A stretch of DNA of 64,000 nt from Candidatus Omnitrophota bacterium. GTDB lineage: Bacteria > Omnitrophota > Gorgyraeia > Gygaellales > Profunditerraquicolaceae. Of this stretch, positions 56,772-64,000 are shown piece after piece. Positions within the stretch are counted from its first letter, which is position 1; every line of letters starts with the position of its first letter. Position numbers and translations under genes: made by a program. The stretch covers positions 2,490 through 66,489 of the forward strand of contig JAOAET010000055.1 of NCBI GenBank assembly GCA_026416665.1, given 5' to 3'. Under the pieces are notes generated by a model, which was not told where the DNA came from, ran no database searches, and saw only the letters and a program-made list of their open reading frames with translations.

Positions 56772-57601
56772 TTAAGAAATCCCTCCCTTTTTCTTTTTGC
56801 AGAAAAAATAATTTTTCTTAAAAGAAATTTATTTTTTTCATAAATTGCTTTTTTAAAAAATAAAAATTTTTTTTCGAAGCTATCCATAGCTGATAGTAAT
56901 GCTGATTTATTTTCTAAAAAAATATCTGACCAAAGATTAGCATCAGAGCCTGCGATTCTGGTCATTTCTTTAAAACTAGGTGGTGCAAGTTTTGATTCCT
57001 CTTTGGTAATTATGTTCATTAGAGAAAAAGCAATGGCGTGAGGTAGATGGCTTAGTCGTCCAAGTATCTTATCATGTTTTTCGGCACTCATTTCTACAAC
57101 GTTGCACCCTACCATTTTCCATAGTTGAACTATTTTTTTCTTTGCTGTTAAATTAGTTTTTTTTGTAGGTGTAACTATACATATACTTCCTTTAAAAAGT
57201 TCAGCGTTTGCATAAATAATTCCTCTTTTCTCAGAACCAGCTAGAGGATGGCTGCCTAAATAAAAATTAAAATATTTTTCGAATTCTTTAACAATATTTT
57301 CTTTGGTACTTGACACATCGCTAATTATTACTTCGGGTTTTACAATTTTTGCGATAAGAGGTGCTATTTCATAGCAGACACTTGGTGGAGTAGCAACAAT
57401 TACGCATTCGGCATCATTTATATCTTTAAGCGAACGAGAAACTCGGTAGAATATGCCCATTTTTTGGGCGATTATTTCACTACTCTTATGTCGACATACA
57501 CCAATTATCCGTTTACAAAGTTTGTATTTTTTAATAGCTAATGCCAGCGACCCTCCAATAAGGCCTGTTCCTACAATGGCAATATTTTCAAATAGTATCA
57601 T
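56768..57601 (-). CDS. tyrA: Prephenate dehydrogenase
   Basis: [26 protein letters not shown]. Confidence 0.93.
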   Translation of the reverse strand: MILFENIAIVGTGLIGGSLALAIKKYKLCKRIIGVCRHKSSEIIAQKMGIFYRVSRSLKDINDAECVIVATPPSVCYEIAPLIAKIVKPEVIISDVSSTKENIVKEFEKYFNFYLGSHPLAGSEKRGIIYANAELFKGSICIVTPTKKTNLTAKKKIVQLWKMVGCNVVEMSAEKHDKILGRLSHLPHAIAFSLMNIITKEESKLAPPSFKEMTRIAGSDANLWSDIFLENKSALLSAMDSFEKKFLFFKKAIYEKNKFLLRKIIFSAKRKREGFLK

Positions 57602-58617
57602 AGAATAGTTCTATCTACCGCTTCTGCAATACGCCGTAATTCTTGCATTAGCGATGAAAAATTTTCAGGAACCAATGACTGTGCCCCATCGGAGAAGGCT
57701 TCTTCGGGTTTTGAATGCACTTCAATCATTAACCCATCACACCCTGCTGCAACCCCTGCTCTAGCTAAAGCAGCCACCAATCCCCACTTACCCGCTGCGT
57801 GGCTTGGATCAACGATAATTGGTAAATGTGAAAGTTGTTTTACTGCAGGAACTGCAGTAATATCTAAGGTATTGCGGCTAAAATCTTCGAAAGTTCGAAT
57901 ACCCCTCTCACAAAGAAGTACATTGAAGTTTCCCGCAGAGAGGATGTATTCAGCGGACATAAGCAACTCTTTAATCGTAGAAGAAAGGCCACGTTTTAAG
58001 AGAACAGGTTTTTGAGTGGCACCGACTTCTTTAAGAAGACTAAAATTTTGCATATTTCTTGCACCAATTTGTAAAATATCTACATAACGTGCCACTAAAT
58101 CTACATCCCGAGGGTCCATTACTTCAGAAACAGTAACCAATTGTAAGGTTTCGCCTACCTCTTTAAGCCATTTTAATCCTTCTTCACCGATTCCTTGAAA
58201 ACTATAAGGCGAAGTTCGTGGTTTAAATGCCCCTCCCCGCAGTACTTGTGCGCCTGCTTTTTTAACTGCAGAAGCTATCTCGAAAAGAAGATCTTTATTC
58301 TCCACAGCACAAGGTCCTGCCATAATTACAATTTCTCTTGAGCCAATTTTTACTCCTTTGCCCACATTAATTACTGAGTTTTCTGGTTTAAATTCACGCG
58401 ACACAAGTTTATACGGTGCCAAAACCGGCATTACCTTTTCTACACCAGGGAAAACTTCTAAGGGTGTTACCTGAAGTAAATCCTCAGGACCGATGACACC
58501 GATAATGGTGCGTTCTGTTCCTTTTGAGATATGTACCTTTAAACCCAGCTTTTGAACTTTTTCAATTATGTGGTCTATCTGTTGTTGTGTGGCATCTGGC
58601 CGAAGGACAATTATCAT
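57598..58617 (-). CDS. aroF: DAHP synthase (type I-beta, N-terminal regulatory domain)
   Basis: [31 protein letters not shown]. Confidence 0.95.
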   Translation of the reverse strand: MIIVLRPDATQQQIDHIIEKVQKLGLKVHISKGTERTIIGVIGPEDLLQVTPLEVFPGVEKVMPVLAPYKLVSREFKPENSVINVGKGVKIGSREIVIMAGPCAVENKDLLFEIASAVKKAGAQVLRGGAFKPRTSPYSFQGIGEEGLKWLKEVGETLQLVTVSEVMDPRDVDLVARYVDILQIGARNMQNFSLLKEVGATQKPVLLKRGLSSTIKELLMSAEYILSAGNFNVLLCERGIRTFEDFSRNTLDITAVPAVKQLSHLPIIVDPSHAAGKWGLVAALARAGVAAGCDGLMIEVHSKPEEAFSDGAQSLVPENFSSLMQELRRIAEAVDRTIL

Positions 58618-58620
58618 ATT

Positions 58621-59712
58621 CTATCCTTTCTTTGCTAATAAAACTTTCTCCAGTTTTTTTATAAAATAAGCGTTTTCTTCAGCAGTGCCAATAGTAACTC
58701 GAATATGGGTATTTAAGTTATATTGTTTCATATCTCTTACAATAACTCCTTCTTTAAGAAGTTCTTGAAATACTTCCCAACAATCTCTGCCAACGTCAAC
58801 TAAAATAAAATTAGTCACTGACTTAACATAAGCCAGTCCTAAACGTTCTAATTGCTGATAAAGATAATACTTACCTTCTAAAGTAAGAGTCCGAGTTTTT
58901 TTAAGGAAGAGTTTATCTGAAAGTGCCGCTTCAGCGCCAACTTGAGCAAGCATATTCACGTTAAAAGGTTGTCTTGTTTTTTCCATATATTGAGTGAATT
59001 TTTCGTCAGCAATACAATAACCAACACGTAATCCTGAAAGTCCATAAGCTTTAGAAAAGGTTTTTAAGGTTATAACCGGTTTATCAAGATAAGATATGCC
59101 AGTAGGATAATCTTTTACATCGATAAATGTGTCATAAGCTTCATCTAACACTACCAAGGCATGTTCAGGTAATGCAGTTAAGAAATTTTCTAGTTCATTT
59201 TTGTTTACATAGGTTCCTGTAGGATTATTGGGATTGGCAATAAAAATAATTTTGGTCTTAGAATTTACTTTCTTTCGCAAGCCATTTAAATCGTAGCGAA
59301 AATCTTTAAGTGGCACAGTAAAGACTTGCCGATTATTAATTGTAGCAATAATTTGGTATTCTACGAAAGTAGTCTCAGAAGTAATAATGTTCTCATCCTC
59401 ATTGACAAATGTTTTTATTATAATATCAATTAACTCATCTGACCCATTACCAATTACGAAGTTTTGTGATTTTAAATTATAATGTTTGGCTAAACTTTGT
59501 TTTAGATAGTAATTATTTGAATCCGGATAGCGGTTTATATTTCCAATAACTTTTTGGATTGCAGAAACCGCCTTAGGCGATGGACCAAAAGGATTTTCAT
59601 TAGAAGCTAATTTTATTACTCTTCGAAGCCCAAGTTGACGTTTAGTTTCCTCTATTGGTTTCCCCGCCACATACGGCGACAAATTTTCAATATTTTTTCT
59701 AACCCACTTCAT
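58621..59712 (-). CDS. hisC: Histidinol-phosphate aminotransferase
   Basis: KLASNENP, NPNNPTG, DEAY, TFSKAYGL. Confidence 0.93.
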   Translation of the reverse strand: MKWVRKNIENLSPYVAGKPIEETKRQLGLRRVIKLASNENPFGPSPKAVSAIQKVIGNINRYPDSNNYYLKQSLAKHYNLKSQNFVIGNGSDELIDIIIKTFVNEDENIITSETTFVEYQIIATINNRQVFTVPLKDFRYDLNGLRKKVNSKTKIIFIANPNNPTGTYVNKNELENFLTALPEHALVVLDEAYDTFIDVKDYPTGISYLDKPVITLKTFSKAYGLSGLRVGYCIADEKFTQYMEKTRQPFNVNMLAQVGAEAALSDKLFLKKTRTLTLEGKYYLYQQLERLGLAYVKSVTNFILVDVGRDCWEVFQELLKEGVIVRDMKQYNLNTHIRVTIGTAEENAYFIKKLEKVLLAKKG

Positions 59713-60784
59713 AATTGTCCTCAGATGCTGGATACGACCCCAGTATCTTTAAGAATTTACATCTACCCTCTAATATTTCTAAAGACTTTTTTATATACCG
59801 ATGGTTCTGATGTCCTTCTAAATCAATAAAGAAATAATAATCCCATGCCTTCTTTTTAGAAGGCCGAGATTCTATCTTACTTAAGTTGACACCAAATCGT
59901 TTAAAAGGTTCAAGCATCTCATAAAGGGCGCCAACTTTATCTTTTATAGAGAACATAAGAGAAGTTTTATCATGACCAGTAGGTTTAGGTTGAGTTTTTC
60001 CGATTACGAAAAAACGTGTAATATTATGTCCAGAATCTTGGATATTGTGAGCAATAATAGGTAGTTGATATAATTCAGCGGCTAAAGTAGAAGCAATAGC
60101 TGCTGATTTTTTTTGTTTTGCCGCTTCTTGAGCCGCATGAGTAGTACTTGAAACTTCAATAAGTTGAGCTTTGGGTAAATTTTTTTGTAACCATAACCTG
60201 CATTGACCAAAAACCATCGGGTGAGAGTAGATTCGTTCAACTTCACCTATGGGGAAATGAGATAAAAGATTATGACTAATTTCTAATAATATCTGAGCAC
60301 AGATTTTTAAATCAGAGTCGATAAACATATCCAGTGTATGAGTAACCGCACCTTCAATAGAATTTTCAATTGGTACAACCCCATAATCAGCATTATTTTT
60401 TTCAACCTCAACAAAAACTGATGAAATAGAATCACATGCTTGATAGTTTACCAGAGAACCAAACTTTTTAAGCGCAGCTTGATGAGTAAAGGTAGCGGCA
60501 GGACCAAGATAGGCAATAACTAAAGGTTTTTCTAAAGCTAGACTTGAAGACATAATTTCACGATAGATACTGGTTACCGCTTTAGAAGTAAGTGGGGGCT
60601 TTACAAGTTGAGATACTCTTCTTAGAACATATTGTTCGCGGTCAGGACAATAAATACTGGTGTTTTCTTTTGTTTTTAACTGGCCTATTGCCGAAGAAAT
60701 TTTTGCCCTTTCAACAAGAAGCTTTATAATATTTCGGTCAAGTTTATCAATTGCTTTACGCAGTTTTACCAGTTCCTTTTTCAT
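59699..60784 (-). CDS. pheA: Chorismate mutase / prephenate dehydratase (likely start 60784)
   Basis: LRKAID CM domain, PIENSIEG, TRF, ESRP. Confidence 0.95.
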   Translation of the reverse strand: MKKELVKLRKAIDKLDRNIIKLLVERAKISSAIGQLKTKENTSIYCPDREQYVLRRVSQLVKPPLTSKAVTSIYREIMSSSLALEKPLVIAYLGPAATFTHQAALKKFGSLVNYQACDSISSVFVEVEKNNADYGVVPIENSIEGAVTHTLDMFIDSDLKICAQILLEISHNLLSHFPIGEVERIYSHPMVFGQCRLWLQKNLPKAQLIEVSSTTHAAQEAAKQKKSAAIASTLAAELYQLPIIAHNIQDSGHNITRFFVIGKTQPKPTGHDKTSLMFSIKDKVGALYEMLEPFKRFGVNLSKIESRPSKKKAWDYYFFIDLEGHQNHRYIKKSLEILEGRCKFLKILGSYPASEDNYEVG

Positions 60785-61454
60785 CTTTTTCACACATCTT
60801 GTTGTTTTGCAAATTGTTAAATTGTTCTGCAAATGACTGTTGTTGTTCTGCGTTAGGAGGAAATTTTTCCATTTTGGGTAACTCTTCCAAAGAATTTAAA
60901 CCAAAATACTCAAGAAATACCCGCGTGGTGCCATATACTTTAGGTCTTCCAGGGGTTTTCTTATGTCCCAACACTCGAATTAAATTACGCTCCTGAAGTG
61001 TTTTTATAACGCCATCTATATTTACTTTTCTTAATACCTCTATTTCAGATTTAGAAATAGGTTGTTTATATGCAATAATAGCTAATGTTTCCATCGCCGC
61101 TTGAGAAAGCCTTTCTTGATTTTGAGGCCCCTTGTATAATCTGCGTAAAAAATGAGAAAAATGAGGGGAGGCAATCATTTGGAATCCACCCGCAACCTCA
61201 CAGATACGTATCCCTCTATTTGATTGTTCGTATTCTTCCTTCAATTCTAATACTTTTTTAAGCAATGTTTGGGAATCTACATAATTAAAAATCCGACGAA
61301 TCTGGTCACAAGATATTGGTTTATCAGTTGAAAATAATACTGCTTCGATGGCTGCTTTAAGGTTATCTTCAGGAATATTTTCAAAAGGTCTTTTATCATA
61401 AATACTCTCTTTTTGTTTTGACTCAACTATAATATCCTTCATTTTATCTTTCAA
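60756..61454 (-). CDS. scpB: SMC-Scp complex subunit ScpB
   Basis: IEAVLF, LSQAAMETLAIIAYKQP, PGRP.VYGTT..FL..FGL. Confidence 0.93.
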   Translation of the reverse strand: MKDKMKDIIVESKQKESIYDKRPFENIPEDNLKAAIEAVLFSTDKPISCDQIRRIFNYVDSQTLLKKVLELKEEYEQSNRGIRICEVAGGFQMIASPHFSHFLRRLYKGPQNQERLSQAAMETLAIIAYKQPISKSEIEVLRKVNIDGVIKTLQERNLIRVLGHKKTPGRPKVYGTTRVFLEYFGLNSLEELPKMEKFPPNAEQQQSFAEQFNNLQNNKMCEKDEKGTGKTA

Positions 61455-62076
61455 TTCTTTTTTGTTTGTACACTTCGTTTAATAATTCCTCTGTGGATTT
61501 TAGTTCTTTTTTTGTGTGTTCCAAAACCCTAGCGATCATTTGTATTGCTTCATGTTTTTTATAACCCAATTGTAATAACACAGCTAAAGCTTCTTCTTGA
61601 CTATCTCGAGAAACTTTTTCAATAGAAGCGGTCTGACTGTCTTTTAGTAATCCGAACTTTGCAACTTTATTTTGTAGTTTTGCTATAATTTCTTTAGCCC
61701 TCTGAGTACCAATCCCAGGAAGGGATTTTAGAAATTCAATATTTGCTTCATCTATAGCTCTGGCAATTTCAGAGATAGGTTTATTAAGAGCTTTTAAAGC
61801 TGCCTTAGGACCAATTCCCGAAACAGTAATAAAACTTTCAAAAAATTCTTTTTCGATGTTATTAGTAAAACCAATAAGAACAGGTATACTACGAGAAGGA
61901 TCTGTTTGGTAATAATGATAAGTTACTAAACTAACCTGTAAACCCTCCTTTACTGTGGAATTAAGGCGCTCCATTACAGTTAAAGGTAAGAAAACTTCAT
62001 AGGTTAATCCATTAACATCTATTAATAAATAATTTTCACCTATTTGTTTTATGGTTCCTGTAATTCTGGCTATCAT
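61444..62076 (-). CDS. ruvA: Holliday junction branch migration protein RuvA
   Basis: MIARITG, TVSGIGPKAA, LPGIG, ALAVLLQLGY. Confidence 0.93.
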   Translation of the reverse strand: MIARITGTIKQIGENYLLIDVNGLTYEVFLPLTVMERLNSTVKEGLQVSLVTYHYYQTDPSRSIPVLIGFTNNIEKEFFESFITVSGIGPKAALKALNKPISEIARAIDEANIEFLKSLPGIGTQRAKEIIAKLQNKVAKFGLLKDSQTASIEKVSRDSQEEALAVLLQLGYKKHEAIQMIARVLEHTKKELKSTEELLNEVYKQKRIER

Positions 62077-62567
62077 ATATTAAAGATATGTTTCCTTGAG
62101 GTGATATTATTATAGGCAACTGCTAACGCAAGTGCATCGCTGGCATCCTCAGAATATTCGCAAGGTAATGAACGGAATTGGCAACTTATCATGCGTTTTA
62201 TCTGTTGTTTTGAAGCCAGCCCTTTTCCCACAATAGCTTTTTTAACTCTAGTTGCAGGCAGTTCTTCAATTTTTATACCACAAGAGGCCGCTGCAAGTAA
62301 AAAAACACCACGTGCATGTCCTAAAATAAATGCAGTTGTTGGATGACGATAATGTACATAAACTTTCTCAATCACCATGATATCGGGACGGAATTGTTTT
62401 ATTATTTTGATTGCTTCTTCATAAAGCAGTAATAAACGCCTTGCGAAAGTTTCTTTATATTCGGTTTTGATTGTTCCTGCACAAAGTAAGGTTTGTTTAT
62501 TCTTTGTAGATTCAATAATACTAAAACCTGTTACCGTTAAAGCTGGGTCTATCCCTAGTATTCTCAT
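62073..62567 (-). CDS. ruvC: Crossover junction endodeoxyribonuclease RuvC
   Basis: ILGIDP, GHARGV, GLASKQQI, DASDALALA. Confidence 0.95.
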   Translation of the reverse strand: MRILGIDPALTVTGFSIIESTKNKQTLLCAGTIKTEYKETFARRLLLLYEEAIKIIKQFRPDIMVIEKVYVHYRHPTTAFILGHARGVFLLAAASCGIKIEELPATRVKKAIVGKGLASKQQIKRMISCQFRSLPCEYSEDASDALALAVAYNNITSRKHIFNI

Positions 62568-63322
62568 TACTGCCCACTTGAAATTTGTTCCATAATTTCA
62601 TCAGGGATATCAAAATTTGCATATACCTGTTGAACATCATCGTGTTCTTCTAGAGCATCAATCAGTGCTAATACAGCTTTTGCATCGGTTGCATTTAGTT
62701 TTATAGTGCTAGAAGGAACCATTGTTATTTCTGCCTGCTCCCAAGGAATTCCTTTCTTCTGAAGAGCTTGTTTAACATTTTCAAAATCCTGAGGTTTTGA
62801 ATATATTTCATAGGTATCCGATTCACTTTTAACATCTTCAGCGCCAGCATCTAACACTATTGATAATAACTCGTCTTCACTAATAATTTCTTTTTTTACG
62901 CTGATACATCCTTTCATCGAAAACATCCAAGAAACCGATCCGCTTCCTGCTAAGTTACCATTTTTCTTTGACATAATGTTGCGAATCTCAGCAGTTGTGC
63001 GATTTTTATTATCGGTAATAGCCTCAATAAGTAATGCTACACCTGCTGGTGCATAACCTTCATAGGTGACTGACTCATAAGTAACACCTGGTAATTCACC
63101 TGTTCCGCGCTTAATAGCCATCTTTATATTTTCCTGAGGCATATTGGCCTCTTTGGCGCGAGCAATGGCAGTTCGTAATTTGGCATTAGTTTCGGGATTA
63201 CCTCCTCCTTCTCGCGCGGCAACCGTAATTTCTTTAATAATTTTAGTATACATCGCGCCTTTTTTGGCATCAGCAGCTGCTTTTTTTGCCTTATTAGTTT
63301 TCCATTTTGAATGACCTGACAT
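62567..63322 (-). CDS. yebC: YebC/PmpR family protein (true start 63322)
   Basis: GGAGG SD, MSGHSKW, TDNKNRT, DDVQQVYAN. Confidence 0.95.
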   Translation of the reverse strand: MSGHSKWKTNKAKKAAADAKKGAMYTKIIKEITVAAREGGGNPETNAKLRTAIARAKEANMPQENIKMAIKRGTGELPGVTYESVTYEGYAPAGVALLIEAITDNKNRTTAEIRNIMSKKNGNLAGSGSVSWMFSMKGCISVKKEIISEDELLSIVLDAGAEDVKSESDTYEIYSKPQDFENVKQALQKKGIPWEQAEITMVPSSTIKLNATDAKAVLALIDALEEHDDVQQVYANFDIPDEIMEQISSGQ

Positions 63323-63359
63323 TATTCCTCCTTGTTTATTTTCGTTAATTAATGAAATC

Positions 63360-63714
63360 GGACAGGCAGCATAAGCCGGGTTCTGTCTATTGTGTGTGGC
63401 CATTTTTCTTAAGATCTCTGTTACCAGTAGATCTTTTGCAGCCAACCCGAGACTCATATCGGAGGGGGCTTCTCCTTGTCTCCTATTTGGCCTTGCTCCA
63501 CGTAGAGATTGCGACGTTTCACCTCGTAGCATGATTAAGTTTACCACGATATTCTCGGTAAACCTAATTTGCTACTACTCGTCTCTGTAGCTCTAATCCT
63601 CTTTAAGTAATAACTTACTTAAAGGGTCGGGTGTTACCCGCTACGTTGCCCACTGGAGCCCGGACTTTCCTCCCTTCTGACAAAGCAGAAGAGTAGCCAC
63701 CTGCTGCCTGCTCC
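63360..63714 (-). ncRNA. rnpB: Ribonuclease P RNA (class A)
   Basis: GAGGAAAGTCCGGGCTCC, GGTGAAACG, GAGCAAGGCCAAATAGG, ACAGAACCCGGCTTA; P1 formed by GGAGCAGGCAGCA/TGCTGCCTGTCC. Confidence 0.96.
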
Positions 63715-64000
63715 TTCATATATTCCTTGATAGCCTCAGAAGCTAACTTATCTGCACGGTTGTTTTCTAAACGAGGTATATGTTCTATAACAACCTTTTT
63801 AAATTTAGAAATTAAATTTTGTGCTTCGTTATAAAGTTGTTTAAGCCTTGGGTGTTGCACTTTATATATATTTTTAAGCTGGCGACATAATAGTTCACTA
63901 TCAGTTCTTACTATGACAACATCAGGTTTTAAATGATAGGCTTGTTCCAAGCCAGAAAGTAAAGCAGTGTATTCAGCAACATTATTGGTATTATGACCAA
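63615..64000 (-). CDS. rnhA: Ribonuclease HI family protein (5' end outside window)
   Basis: TNNVAEYTAL, TDSELL, HIPRLENNRADKLA. Confidence 0.88.
   Translation of the reverse strand, partial: GHNTNNVAEYTALLSGLEQAYHLKPDVVIVRTDSELLCRQLKNIYKVQHPRLKQLYNEAQNLISKFKKVVIEHIPRLENNRADKLASEAIKEYMKEQAAGGYSSALSEGRKVRAPVGNVAGNTRPFK

Noticed and set aside
1683-60996. Numerous 60-130 aa shadow ORFs opposite or out of frame within long genes
   Set aside because: They overlap well-supported CDSs and have no recognisable motifs or ribosome-binding sites
63323-63590. 75-aa N-terminal extension of YebC and plus-strand ORFs 63352-63534 and 63390-63590
   Set aside because: They overlap RNase P RNA; the real yebC start is MSGHSKW with a GGAGG SD at 63322
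1-64000. CRISPR array, transposase, rRNA or toxin-antitoxin locus
   Set aside because: No regularly spaced direct repeats, DDE/HUH motifs, rRNA signatures or toxin partner for the RHH-like gene were seen by eye

Overview
AT-rich bacterial chromosome segment, almost entirely minus-strand and dominated by housekeeping genes: coaX, uvrB, nadC, valS, cimA, lysC-apgM-coaB-thrC-hom, gpsA, thyA, nnrD-acpS-pdxJ, cdaA-folP-ftsH-tilS, tsaD, ctpA, gatCAB, plsY-pgsA-lepB-lepA-cmk-tyrA-aroF-hisC-pheA-scpB-ruvA-ruvC-yebC, rnpB and a partial rnhA, plus five tRNAs. The many stand-alone PilZ and Xis-like HTH proteins and the gene order suggest a diderm, possibly Candidatus Omnitrophota (inference only). No CRISPR array, integrase, transposase or prophage was seen. 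Most interesting: (1) a 38.6-52.5 kb accessory block with a GH161-like glucan phosphorylase, a c-di-GMP-I riboswitch with two downstream terminators controlling an RHH-like protein and a possible donor-strand-only secreted protein, and a convergent non-canonical chaperone-usher-like fibre locus whose leaders carry attenuator-like structures and a shared motif; (2) a bactofilin-Xis-HTH fusion paired with a membrane-anchored Xis-HTH; (3) a Ycf46-AAA/zinc-ribbon/DUF1257/DUF2997 module; (4) an unannotated 40-aa TM-only CdaR-like peptide; (5) a tRNA-Met with a compensated A19-U56 elbow pair; (6) two CDSs whose stop codons lie inside structural RNAs. All family assignments come from motif recognition by eye, not database searches.
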